DNA of 63,093 nucleotides, filler included, from Globobulimina sp. (GCA_003354225.1; 51 parts of 51 records of this genome joined end to end with filler, not necessarily neighbours in it), one strand, 5' to 3'. Numbered from the whole stretch's first letter, positions 34,711 to 47,099 are shown. The notes: generated by a model not told the origin, from the letters alone. Made by a program: numbers and translations.

Positions 34711-35440
34711 GAACAAAAACAACATTCAATTCGATGTTATTCGCGCGCAATGATGGTATATGCAGAGAGGGGATGGTGTCATATCGAAGATCATATTAAT
34801 TATAATTTGGGTTATTTATCTTCAAAAGTATTGCGATATAACCCGGCCATTCAATATTTTTTAGAGTTATTGGGGGAGGGACGTGGTTCGGCGACGCGGC
34901 AAAAGAACTTTTTAGATAAATTCATCTCAATCATATCGAAGTGGCCTAACACGAATCAGAATAACTCCTCGCTTTTGGTGAATGACATTGGCATTTTATG
35001 CTCCCAGTCCATCTCCAAAACCTTAAAGTTTGTGCCAAATTTAAATATTCCCAAATTTAATGCCAATGAGATATTAATCATATTAAACGATCCCAATCTG
35101 CAGCCAAGAGATTATTGCATTGTTGGCGAGCCCATCATTGTGCAATTCCCAATATACAATCCATTAAAAAGGGAATTAATTGTCAACAATTTATGTTTAC
35201 ATATTTCAGTCAGCGACGTCGACGTCGACACAAATACAAATATTGATATCAGTGTCATTGGTTATGACGACTTATTTGAATATCAAGCAGCCACAATTAC
35301 ATTGTTAGCATCTGAGACGAAATTGTTTTCATTATCGATAATACCAAAGAATAATATCTTATGTGGTTATAATATTAAGATTGTCGGCATTCGCTGGCAA
35401 ATATTTGATTGCATGCAAGGTTTTTATAAATTTGAAAATG
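34711..35440 (+). CDS. TRAPPC8: TRAPP III subunit TRAPPC8/Trs85, internal fragment
   Basis: QKQHSIRCY..AM.VY...GW.HIEDHINY.LG; VGEPI.V...IYNPL. Confidence 0.82.
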
Positions 35441-35639
35441 CGTTTAAAGAAAGTAAATTGTGCTCTGCTTTATCAATTGCAGTAGCTATATCTGTCTCTA
35501 GTAAAGAATTTTCATAATCTACTATATTTTTCAAGGCAAAAAATCTATGCTGTAAGCCTTTTTGCAACAGTATGCCACCTAATATAGCAAACAAAAATCC
35601 TATTATCCCACTTACAGCTAATGTTGTAGTGATGTTCAT
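35441..35639 (-). CDS. Prokaryote-like membrane-anchored protein, N-terminus
   Basis: MNITTTLAVSGIIGFLFAILGG; its start overlaps the upstream stop (ATGA). Confidence 0.5.
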
Positions 35640-35848
35640 GATTTATTACCACTTTCAAATTTTTCTAAACGTCTTACTAATTTCTCGATTTCAGTATCGC
35701 GTCCTTTTTTTTGCATTTCTAATTGATGTTCTAGTAACAGTTTACGCCTCTCAGCAATAACATCTAACTTATGTGCGTATGATAACTCGTCACGCTTAAG
35801 AAAGTATGCGAAAAACGCATTTAAAGGAATGGAAATTAATCCTCCTAT
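35636..35848 (-). CDS. Prokaryote-like TM/coiled-coil protein, C-terminus
   Basis: Hand translation IGGLISIPLNAFFAYFLKRDEL...EKFESGNKS*; ATGA coupling to the next gene. Confidence 0.5.
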   Translation of the reverse strand: MGGLISIPLNAFFAYFLKRDELSYAHKLDVIAERRKLLLEHQLEMQKKGRDTEIEKLVRRLEKFESGNKS

Positions 35849-35949
35849 ANNNNNNNNNNNNNNNNNNNNNNNNNNNNNNNNNNNNNNNNNNNNTTAATTA
35901 ATTAANNNNNNNNNNNNNNNNNNNNNNNNNNNNNNNNNNNNNNNNNNNN

Positions 35950-36221
35950 TGCGGCTTAAGTTCTGGGGTTAATCTAACGCTGTATTCTTGTAGCTTGAAC
36001 TGCTTGAACCCCAGGCGGCTGCACACTTCATATCCGCCCGTGCAGGCCAAAAAAAACATGAGCCCAGCAACAATTTCGATGGTTTTGGCAAAATCGCCTT
36101 CCGTTGGATTGTAGGTGAACCATCCTGTTACGAACACCAGGATTCCAGTCAAATAGGAAGGGACAACAGAACTGTACATTCTGTAGACAGACGTTTTACT
36201 TGAGTGCTTGTAGCATGACAT
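35950..36221 (-). CDS. Small two-TM hypothetical protein, possibly bacterial
   Basis: Two hydrophobic segments; GGAG upstream; higher GC. Confidence 0.35.
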
Positions 36222-36398
36222 GTTGAATACACAGTCTCCATAGGAGGCAAATTAAACCACACTCGTCTACAGATGGGAAAATGTGAAGCGGAAATACATT
36301 CCGGAAAATTGCTACTACCACATTTAGTTTTGTCATATTCTACCGTACCAGTTATAGGGTGTAAATATTTTCAAAGGTTGGTGATGCTATTTCGATTC

Positions 36399-37088
36399 AA
36401 AGAATATTTAATCTTTCGCGGTTACCACAAAACCTGGGAACAATTTTACCGCGAACGCAAACGCGACCAAACCAAGAACAAAAACATCGGCGGCTATCAG
36501 GTGGACTTAATCGTGGACCAATTGATTGGTTACATCCGCAATCTCAAATTATCCGAATACTTGGATTTCTGGAACACTTTAAATCTCCGCATCTTCAACA
36601 AATTGCCCCCTCAATATCGAGAGTCTATATATCATTTAGACACTGCGCTGAAACGATATTATCTCATCACTGCGCGCAAACGAAACAACATCGTATCCAT
36701 TCAGACGTTCTTCAACAAGTTCGGCGATGAACTAATATCTCGCCCGGACGCTAACGATTGGATGAAATGGTTTATTTTACCGCACATAAAACACCCTGAA
36801 AAGCACCAAGAATTTGAGTCTTATTTCAACAAAAACTGGTCGTATTCTGTCCAAATTTCACTCAAAAATTTCTTATCCACCGCACTTTGTCGCTTCCCAC
36901 GCCCCAAAATCTTGGCATTTATGATCTTGAAGCAGGAGAGACAGGAATTTAAGACCAAAATCACCAAATTGACCGAGAAATTAAACGACGCCGACTTTAT
37001 TATACGTTCCTTGCATCAACAATTGAAATTATTAATGAATAACAAATTGCATAATCATGTACAGGACAATGACGATGAGGAACATTAT
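36399..37088 (+). CDS. WDR91: WDR91 N-terminal LisH/helical region
   Basis: KEYLIFRGY..T, QVDLIVDQL, W..WFILP, FESYF.K.W, SLKNFLS...P.P.IL. Confidence 0.85.
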
Positions 37089-37199
37089 NNNNNNNNNNNN
37101 NNNNNNNNNNNNNNNNNNNNNNNNNNNNNNNNTTAATTAATTAANNNNNNNNNNNNNNNNNNNNNNNNNNNNNNNNNNNNNNNNNNNNAACAACAGTAA

Positions 37200-38327
37200 G
37201 AACAACAACAGCAACAGCAACAGCAACATGATAGCAACGGACATCACGATATTAAAGAAATACAGTTAGAAATATATTTATCGGCATCCGCCTCCGCCTC
37301 CGCCTCCGCAGAGATGTCGATGCAGAAAGATGACGATCCCATATTTGTAATAAGCATTTTATCAGATTTTAGTTATAAGGATTTAGTGGCATCCATCTGC
37401 AAAATGTCGCAATATGTATCCTCTGTCTTTCATATTCGATTCGAGCCACTGTCAATGGACAATAACAGCAATAGCAATGGCAATGGCAATGGACGCAATA
37501 ATATAAATAATGGACACCATAATCACAATCATAATCACAATCACAATCATAATCATACGACGACGCATCATACGCATAATGGTGGCGGTGGTATGCATAA
37601 GAAAATCAATTCCCTTTTAAACCAACAGCAATTAGATTTATTGCGGTCGCATTCCTCCAATTTTTATGAATTTGGCAAGTTTGTGGTGATTGAGCCATTG
37701 CGCGAAGGCATAGGGTTTGAAGAGTCTGGCGACTTCGAACAAGCCTTATCGATATATTGTCGCTATATAAATGTAAATAAGTCAAAAACTGAGGCTTTAA
37801 CCTATTACGCAAATTGTTTGGTGCTTTTAGACCGATTCGAATCAGCGGAAGAATATTATAAAAAAGCATTAGATATCAATCCATTTTGTGGCGATATTTG
37901 CTATTTTTATTCGCGTTTATTAGAATATTTGGATAAATACGACGAAGCAAAGAATTTATGCAATGGTGTGATGAACTATGTGTTGGCGGAGAAGTCGCTA
38001 AATCCGTTGCTTTCGACGGGTGGCCACCATCCCATTGACTATAGTTGCTACGCCCGCTTATCCTCAAAATATGTCTCTTTGTCTTTAGATCGCTATAATC
38101 GGTCAAAGCAATTAACCCAAGATAAGCTACAAAGATTTATGCGCGAAAAGAAAGAATTGTTGCACCAAATAAATCAATTAAATTCTTCCACAAACATTAA
38201 AAAATTAAACCAATTAAATATAATTATACAAAAATTAGAAAAACAATTATTGAAAAAAGAAGAAATTATAAAAAATAAAGACAAACAATTAGTTATAAAA
38301 CAAAATGAAATTAAGTTATTAAAGAAT
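37200..38327 (+). CDS. TPR-repeat protein with Asn/His low-complexity tract and coiled coil
   Basis: ALTYYANCL..LDRFESAEEYYKKALDINP; (NH)n tract. Confidence 0.75.
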
Positions 38328-38928
38328 NNNNNNNNNNNNNNNNNNNNNNNNNNNNNNNNNNNNNNNNNNNNTTAATTAATTAANNNNNNNNNNNNNNNNN
38401 NNNNNNNNNNNNNNNNNNNNNNNNNNNGCCTCATTGCTGATATCGAGGCCTCTCTCATCACATAAATATTGCAATAATGCCCTGCTTTTGTTCGGATTAT
38501 GAAAATCGTTAGAGAATAATTACTAACTCCGTTTGCATGCATGCAAACCATGCATGAACACTAATGTCAACGACAGATAACAGACCACCGAGGACAGCAC
38601 CATCACTGCGATTCATCCGACTGCCAAACACAAAAACGCAATATCTCATATATAATGATTGGTTGAAAAAATTTGCAGCACAATTCGCTGCACATATGGT
38701 CAAATATGAACAATATCAAATATGGATGACAACAAGAAGGAGAGCACCAAAAGAAGTGTTAAAAAATACAATAATACATATGGAATGGAAGAGAATCTCG
38801 AAGGATGAAACACCGCAATCAATTATTCGTTTATTGCGTAAATGCAGTCTTGCCATGAAAGTCTTGCCATGAAACTTTGACTAAAATGATTAATAATTAC
38901 CATTGACAATGGCTATATTCGCTATAGA

Positions 38929-39080
38929 TTTTGAGAAATTTGATAAATTGAGAGAAATCTGATGGATTTTGAGAAATTTGAGAAATCTAATATCAAAGTG
39001 TTAGGTTTGAGAAATTCATGAGAAATTTGAGAAATTTGTATAGATTTATAGCCATTCAAATTTCTCAAAATTTCTCAAAT
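38929..39080. repeat. Array of TTTGAGAAAT motifs ending in inverted copies
   Basis: About 7 forward variants at 38929-39038 and two ATTTCTCAAA copies at 39060-39080. Confidence 0.75.
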
Positions 39081-39784
39081 CAGGTCTTGGCTCCAATTTT
39101 GACATCTGAATGTTCATCACCACGGCGAACAATGTACATGTCTCTAAAATGACGCTATTTTAAGTTTTTTCAAATTTCTTTTTTGGAAAACAAACATCTC
39201 TATATTGGATTGCATTTTGTCAAGTTTATTTTTTTCTGCGATACACATAAAGTCAAAATAATGATGAAAAAAAATCCAATGATCATTGTCAAAATCAACT
39301 GGATTTGAGAAGGGATGTCAAAAGCTTATGGTACCACGCGATGTAAATTATGTTCACAAGAATATGTTCAAAATAAACCTTGCAAACAAGTTTACTATCA
39401 ACCATATTATCAGTTCCTTTTCCCTTGTTTACTACCACCTTTTTCTATGCACTTGTTTTATTTATGGTGCACCACTTTGATGTACTTCCTATTCCCCACG
39501 TTTATGTCCCCCACCGTCCTTTGCTCCACTTTTCTATAATTATTTGCATTGGCAATTGATACCATGNNNNNNNNNNNNNNNNNNNNNNNNNNNNNNNNNN
39601 NNNNNNNNNNTTAATTAATTAANNNNNNNNNNNNNNNNNNNNNNNNNNNNNNNNNNNNNNNNNNNNAAAGCAGATATTCAATCACTGTCTCTGAACGACT
39701 TGATTGATGTAGAGAAATATATTTAGAGATCTTATACACTCGACCACAGGCTCGAAGCACTCCAATTGCAATTCGACCAAATAC

Positions 39785-40804
39785 TCAAAGGCCGCAATAC
39801 GTTTGTATGCATGTTATTTGCTGTATAATATATACCTGAATGTGTTGAGCTTCATTATCCGTTTTTTCATCATATTTATTCTCAACTTTGTCTGCAAATG
39901 ACACAGTACAGGTAGACGATGGTTGAATTGATTCCAAATCGAATTCTATAATTTTGTCATACAATTTTCTCGCATATCCTTCTGCATTGCGCATTGATGC
40001 CGTATCTGACATTGAATATTTTATACTTTGCTCAAAAACGTTTTTGCTGATCAATGAAAACAGCAAACCATTGATATCTATGCTATGCAAACACGATAAC
40101 GTATTTTTTTCATTTAAATGACCCAATAAATTCATCTCGGCCAATATCAACGACGCAACATATAAAAAATGATCGTGGTCAACACATTTAATATCAATCT
40201 TTTTTTTGCTCCAAAGAAACACCATATCGTGCTCTGATGGTGCTTTTTTAATATCTTTTAACAATTTATACATCTCAGCAGCCATTTGTATTGTGGTCAC
40301 ATTGAATGTTTTAATAAATGTCGCCATCCATTCTTCTCTTTTTATGGATAATAACCATTTTTCATCATAATCACGAGATTCCCAATTTGTTAAAATGTTA
40401 TGTTTATTTAATAATAACTGCTTTCGCCATGCGTAGGCTACGGATTTTATTTTATTTCTATTGATATGATATATTTTATGTAAATATGCGCCCGATTTGA
40501 ACTGCTCATTTATTCCATCAATGACTGCATTCACTTTTTGCAGAAATGGATTATTTTCAAAATCAATGATATCTGAAATGTCGTATTTTTCTTCATTATG
40601 TATGACCTAAAAACATATAATATTTCGGTGTGGGGCTAATAAACTGTGTAGAGGCTGTACCTGGATATCTGGTTCAATTTGTTTTGCTTTTTGTGATTGA
40701 ATAGTTGTTATATAATTGATGCATTCACCCAAATCTGAACCATACTTATTTACAGCTTGCACACTAACTGAACTCTCAAAACCCATACTGATGAGAATTT
40801 GTGA
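39785..40804 (-). CDS. UBA-domain protein, multi-exon (intron 40660-40607)
   Basis: LISMGFESSVSVQAVNKYGSDLGECINYI, joined in frame to the long ORF by a 54-bp GT..TTAG intron. Confidence 0.7.
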
Positions 40805-40905
40805 TNNNNNNNNNNNNNNNNNNNNNNNNNNNNNNNNNNNNNNNNNNNNTTAATTAATTAANNNNNNNNNNNNNNNNNNNNNNNNNNNNNNNNNNNNNNN
40901 NNNNN

Positions 40906-42044
40906 ATTGATAATCATAGTTTTTTGAAGGTAATGAATCACCGACTGTCTTTCCTTTGTTTTTATTGTTTAAACACCAACAAACCATCCCATTTACCATT
41001 AAAAATATAACCATCATAATACTAAATTGAAATAACGTCGAATCACCGACCTCCATTGTAACTATACTCGTTTTATCTGAGTCCGTTCCTTCATCGTACC
41101 GTTGATCCCCAAATAAAGCATTCGCATTATAATTATCAGAGGAATCAGAATCATCACCTTTCCTTTTCTTATACTTCTTAAAAAACCCACTTGAATCATC
41201 AACTGAATCACTGACCGAGTCACTTAAGCATATTATTGGTTGTTTACAATGTTTGTATTACAAACTGAGAAAACGATTTAGACAAAAAACCTAACTCTGA
41301 ATCAGAACTATATACCGCCAATACCGGTGATGCTGTAGGAGATGATGTAGGTTGGCAATCATAGACCAATGTCAATCCAGTAATACCATCTGTCATATCA
41401 GTCGCCGCCAAAAATGTGCCAGCACCCGTTTCTGTATCAATAGTATATATATTGCCGCCATCTTTTTGATTTCCACCTGCGAATAATACTCCATCAGCAC
41501 TGAATTGTAGTGAACCCAACGTTACATTTCCACCGACAGGTCCAATAAAGGTTGGGTTTCCCGTTTCTAAATTAATTGAAATTAGCCAACTTGGTTCACC
41601 TCCGCCAGTAACGCCATACATTATATTTGAATTTGTATCATATGCTAGGCCTGGAATTGCCGGGATCTGTAATTCACGTGCAATGTAGGTGAAATCTCCA
41701 GTTTCAGGATCGAAGATTGTAAATGATGGTGGTTCACTTCCATGTCGTGATGGTCCTGGACAGCCTTGACACGAAGCATATAAAGTTGAGCCGACATATT
41801 CCATCCCAGTGAAACTACCGTTTGTATTAAATGGACCAGCAACATAAGCCCCGGTAACTGCATCAATCTCATAAACATCTAATATATCTTCTGATAGCAT
41901 CAAATACATTTTCTCGTTTAAACAATCATATTCAATTTCTGTTATAGCCTGACTTATAGGACTAGTTATGCCAGAGATAAACGTTGTTTCGCCTGTAATT
42001 TCATTTAATGTAAAATAAGCACCATTCCTGGACATTCCATATAA
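40906..42044 (-). CDS. Type I surface protein: beta-propeller-like repeats, PTxxPT stalk, TM (intron 41295-41223)
   Basis: Repeats such as GLAYD....MYGV...LISINLETG..T.IG; PTSSPTASP; a 73-bp intron joins the acidic linker and TM exon. Confidence 0.72.
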
Positions 42045-42144
42045 NNNNNNNNNNNNNNNNNNNNNNNNNNNNNNNNNNNNNNNNNNNNTTAATTAATTAA
42101 NNNNNNNNNNNNNNNNNNNNNNNNNNNNNNNNNNNNNNNNNNNN

Positions 42145-42692
42145 ACGTAATTTATTTCTTTTATATCAATATGTTTTTCATTTTGTAAATCGTTTAGTAA
42201 ATGATTTATATTTTCATATCTTTTGTTACCATTTATAAGAACCATGAAAGCAGATGCTATGCCATCATATAATTCGTGTTTTATTGCGTTTTCAATGTTT
42301 ATCCATTTTAAAATTGGCATATTGTCCTTAATAATTGGTATCGATATATCTAATAAACGTTCAATGGTATTGATTTTTGGCGGTATGCCGTATCGATAGC
42401 AATATTGTAAAATATAAAATATTTCATCAGTACGTGAATATTTATCGTTTCTTATTTCTTCTCTATAGCGAATTAATGGGAATTTCTCATCAATATCAAT
42501 GAATGCGCAATCATATGGAATTACATCTTGTCCCAGCTCCAAATCAATATCTTCCTCACTGCATCCATTTTCGTTTACAAATTCAATAAATTTACCATTC
42601 CCATTTGCATAGTAATAGTCGTCCCGACAACAGCATGTATAATATTTTGCTAACGCTTTGTCAATTCTTTTAAACGGTGAATTCATTGCCAT
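42145..42692 (-). CDS. Protein with an uncharacterised N-terminal motif domain
   Basis: RIDKALAKYY...DY...NGNGKF..F..ENG....I..EL...C.F.D.D..FP. Confidence 0.6.
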
Positions 42693-42880
42693 GCCAGCAG
42701 TGAGCGGCCAGCCCACGCAAATAAAAACTGTTTTTCTGCCAAGCACAAAAACAATGGTGAACTGCGTGTGTCGCTGTGTTTGCGATTGCTTCGATTTCAT
42801 TATGGATTGTTTCACAAGCTTGGACTTTATGGATGAGTTTATTCGAAGTCGTTTGGTGAATATATGTTATTAATTTCAAT

Positions 42881-43283
42881 TTGTGGCCATTATTAAATTG
42901 GTTACATGCATTAGCACCATTTGATAAACACGGAGTAACCTTAATTTTAATGTATTTTATATTAGCATTAGCTGTGTGTTTATTTATATTGAATCCCGGT
43001 CAATTGGCTAATAAGTTGTCATCAACCAATTATTGTCAATTTTTAATCTCAATAACAACGATGCTATGCTTATTAATCTATGACATAACATTGGTTGCAG
43101 TCAATGTAAGTTCAACAGAGCTACATTGGAATACACATCAATATCTTTATTCCGCTCAAATCTTTTATTTTATGTCGATTGCCTCTACAATTTTTATTCT
43201 TTTTTATTATGTCATCACTTTAATGAAATTATGCAAAAACAAAGAGAAAAATAACGACCCCTTTAATTTAGAAAAATATATTA
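42881..43283 (+). CDS. Multi-TM protein fragment
   Basis: Three hydrophobic helices in an open frame. Confidence 0.45.
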
Positions 43284-43409
43284 NNNNNNNNNNNNNNNNN
43301 NNNNNNNNNNNNNNNNNNNNNNNNNNNTTAATTAATTAANNNNNNNNNNNNNNNNNNNNNNNNNNNNNNNNNNNNNNNNNNNNTCTTTATTTGTTCACTA
43401 GTTTAAATA

Positions 43410-44243
43410 ATGGCACAGCACCGGAGACTAAGCCGCAACTCTGTTGCTATATACATCGATACAGAGAAACGACAGTCAGTGGCAATATCCTTAGGAGCCA
43501 GATACCAAACCGTCGAAAAACTATTAAAAAAAATAAACCGGAATCCATATCATTATGAACATCAAAACTGTGTTATACTCGATATTTTATGGAACGCATA
43601 CATTTGGTGGATTGTATTACTTTTACTGATCGTTATATTGTCACTAACATTTTTCTTCGCATTTTTCCCTCTAAACATCTGGAAAAGAGAAGTATGGTTT
43701 TATTTGTGTGTCGCCGCTGACGCATTTATAATAATAAGCGTTGCTATATATTATACAATTCAATATTGTGATAGATCGCGATGGACGGAAAACGAAATAA
43801 ATCGAATCTATGTACTGATAAAACAAACCAATACCATCGAATATTCGGATAAACACAACTATAAAAAGAACAATTGGACAGATTGGACGGATTCCGAGGA
43901 CGACGACAATCCGAATAATATAAATAATTTACATTTTGTCTATTTGAAAGCCAAACCTTTGTCTCGCAAAGAAAAAGATGATGATGTCATTAAAATGATA
44001 ATTCAAATATGGCTTGAAAACAAAACTCTGCTCAAAAAAGTGTCGCAAATCGATGAAAGGGAACAGAAAGATACGGAAGTTACAGACGGAGAAATGGAGA
44101 CTCTCATTCATCATAATGACGAACGTAAACAACAAAGTATTGAACCAATAAACAAACAAAGATCTGTTGAACTTGTGGGTGAAATGAAAAATGAGCAAGA
44201 GATACAACATATACTTCCATCAAATGATACTGACTCCGACTAA
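43410..44243 (+). CDS. Two-TM hypothetical protein, complete
   Basis: ATG-TAA ORF of 277 aa with two TM helices and an acidic tail. Confidence 0.7.
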   Translation: MAQHRRLSRNSVAIYIDTEKRQSVAISLGARYQTVEKLLKKINRNPYHYEHQNCVILDILWNAYIWWIVLLLLIVILSLTFFFAFFPLNIWKREVWFYLCVAADAFIIISVAIYYTIQYCDRSRWTENEINRIYVLIKQTNTIEYSDKHNYKKNNWTDWTDSEDDDNPNNINNLHFVYLKAKPLSRKEKDDDVIKMIIQIWLENKTLLKKVSQIDEREQKDTEVTDGEMETLIHHNDERKQQSIEPINKQRSVELVGEMKNEQEIQHILPSNDTDSD

Positions 44244-44683
44244 TTGTTTGTTTTGAACTTTTTGTAGAATTTACAGCTTAGACTTGTCTATGAAACTAAA
44301 CGTTAAAAAACTATACATACAAATGTATTACATAAAACTATATGATGTTCAATTCAATTTTTATCCCTTGAATGATCTATTTTGTTTATTTAGTTTGCCT
44401 TTTTGATAGTTTTCGAGTGTATCCCTAATATAATGTTTTTGCTGTCTATGTTTCCGTTTTTTTTTCCTTCTTTTTCTCCCTTTCCTTTTCCGCGAATACT
44501 CCTTTTTTTTAAACCTGCTTTTNNNNNNNNNNNNNNNNNNNNNNNNNNNNNNNNNNNNNNNNNNNNTTAATTAATTAANNNNNNNNNNNNNNNNNNNNNN
44601 NNNNNNNNNNNNNNNNNNNNNNGCTGCAATATCATTAGGAATGGTTGCCAATCATTTGGGAGTCAAGGTGGTGATTATTTGAT

Positions 44684-44942
44684 CGTTTGCATGGATTGCA
44701 AATGCAAACGATACGTTTGCAAGCGTTTGCATTGCAAACGAGTATCGTTTGCATATGGTTTGCCAGCTTTATTGAATGGAGTATAAAATATATAATAAAA
44801 TTAAAAAAAAAGGCACACAAACAACAACCGAATGGTCTTTGATACGTTGGAGATCTTTGGAGATACATTGGTATGCTTTCTCATCGGAATTGGATACGTT
44901 GGGAAACGTTTGCAACATAACTTAAAAAAACGCCTGCAAACG
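44684..44942. repeat. Array of CGTTTGCA/TGCAAACG 8-mers in both orientations
   Basis: Forward at 44684, 44714, 44724, 44746, 44907; reverse at 44703, 44733, 44935. Confidence 0.8.
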
Positions 44943-44949
44943 GTACATA

Positions 44950-45364
44950 TTATTTGGATATGGTCTAACGGATTACATTGATTTATAAATTGCTTTGTTG
45001 CTTCAAAATAATTATAAATTGCATCATTGCCAACATCATGTAATGCTAATTGTGCATAAATAAATTCTCCATCCTTTATAAAATAATTTCTTATATCAGT
45101 TCATCATTCAGTTGTTACATTTAATATGTGTGTTATTCCTAATTTCTTCAAAATATATGCATCTCTCGCCTCATATGCTGATCCTAAATATAACCAATCA
45201 TCAATAATCTGACTCGGATATATATGCTCATCTTTATCACTCACTATATCCTTTTTATTATTATCATCTTTATAATCTTCAACACTCACTAAGATGGATG
45301 ATAGTGCTAACTGAGGTGCTAACAATTCGTGTGGTAGCTCTATTTCTTCTTTTCTTTCTTCCAT
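44950..45364 (-). pseudogene. Dual-specificity phosphatase pseudogene
   Basis: YPSQIIDDWLYLGS...LGITHILNVT, then stops and a frameshift, resuming FIYAQLALHD...YFE..KQFINQC; no HCxxGxxR before the repeat array. Confidence 0.7.
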
Positions 45365-45572
45365 TTAACTTTGAACGCCACACCAAAAATAAAATTGCGG
45401 ACTTTTTAAATTGCGAGAAGGAGGTGAACAAGAATTGAATGATGACATTATATTCACGCATAATCATTATAATAATTACATTACATACCACATAAAAACA
45501 CTACACTTATCACTACAAATATAATGATAATCACAAAATAAAAATAAAAAATAAAAATAAAGAAAATAAATA

Positions 45573-45645
45573 TGGAGTACCCGGGTTTCGATCCCGGTGC
45601 CTTAACGTTGCGAACGTTACGCGCTTCCGATTGCGCCAGTACCCC
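45573..45645 (-). tRNA. tRNA-Ala(CGC), eukaryotic
   Basis: Full cloverleaf, G3:U70 pair, anticodon stem TAACG/CGTTA, ATCG T loop, no encoded CCA, oligo-T downstream. Confidence 0.96.
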
Positions 45646-45988
45646 TTTTTTGTGTGTTGTTATGAACCTATCATTCTAATTAATGTGATATATAAACATC
45701 TAGTTTATTCACGTCATGAATTTATGGGACAGAATAAAAACATGAATATTGATTATATAAANNNNNNNNNNNNNNNNNNNNNNNNNNNNNNNNNNNNNNN
45801 NNNNNTTAATTAATTAANNNNNNNNNNNNNNNNNNNNNNNNNNNNNNNNNNNNNNNNNNNNTCTTTTTGATTTTGAGCCAGATTTAATTTTGTTTATCGG
45901 AACAACCAGCATCATCACCATAATTTTGCAGTGAAGTAAAAAAAAACATTCCAGTTTTTCATTATTAACTAGTTTGCTGTTCCAAACC

Positions 45989-46999
45989 ATGTGGCTCTCA
46001 CCAGTTGTACTCGTAACAATCCTCACCACCTCTGCCTACGCCGAAATATTAACATGCGATGCTTCACGCAATGCATACTGTGGACCATGCACTGCTGCAG
46101 ACACATCCTGCACCTTACAATGCACCAACGCAGAAGAAATTTGTGTCGACTCCCAATTACAATGTAACACCAACACCGATTGCATTATAAATTGCCATTC
46201 CTCCAATGCCTGCTTAGACGCCACCATATTCGCCGGCTTTGTCTCCACATTAACCGTAAACTGCAACGACTATTCCAGTCTGAATGGCTGCGAAGGCACA
46301 CAAATGCATATCGGCAATCGCGCCGACGTCACCATCAACTGTGCCGGCGCTGAAAATTCGTGCAAAGACAGCATAGTCAATGCGCAGGCCGCAGGCGATG
46401 TGTTTATAAACTGTCTCGGCCATAAATCCTGTTCTGGGCTCTATTTATTATGTGGTTACGGTGCATGCATCATAGACTGTTCTGGGCCTTTTGATTCGTA
46501 CAAATGTGACTCTTCGTCATTAGCACAGACCAATACGGCGAATGCGCATAAATTCCAATGCATTGGCACTGCGGCACAATGCTTAGGTGCACCGGCACCA
46601 TTTTCCAATCCCACATTGAACCCAACACTGAAACCGAGTTCTACGCCAACACAGACTCCCATAAATACCGCAAATCCATCTGTTTCGCCCACGGTATCAC
46701 CCACTTTTAAACCAACATTATTACCGACTACAGACTCACCGACCGCTGCTGATAAAGTGCCAACAACTGAGCGTGTACAGACTGCCATACCTACGACAAC
46801 CACAACGACGCGATCGCCGAGCAAACCACCTACAAATACACAGGAAATAGTTACGAAGAAACCTACCAATATGCCAACCAATGGCCCAACAAAAAGGCCA
46901 ACAAATACACCAAAACCTACTATCAAACCTACTGTAAAACACACAGTGAGTCCCACTGATAAACCAACAGCGAATCCCACGGACAAACCGACGATATTT
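45989..46999 (+). CDS. Secreted Cys-rich repeat protein with a PTxxPT mucin-like stalk
   Basis: Signal peptide; repeated I.C....(S/A)C units; long Pro/Thr tract. Confidence 0.82.
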
Positions 47000-47099
47000 N
47001 NNNNNNNNNNNNNNNNNNNNNNNNNNNNNNNNNNNNNNNNNNNTTAATTAATTAANNNNNNNNNNNNNNNNNNNNNNNNNNNNNNNNNNNNNNNNNNNN

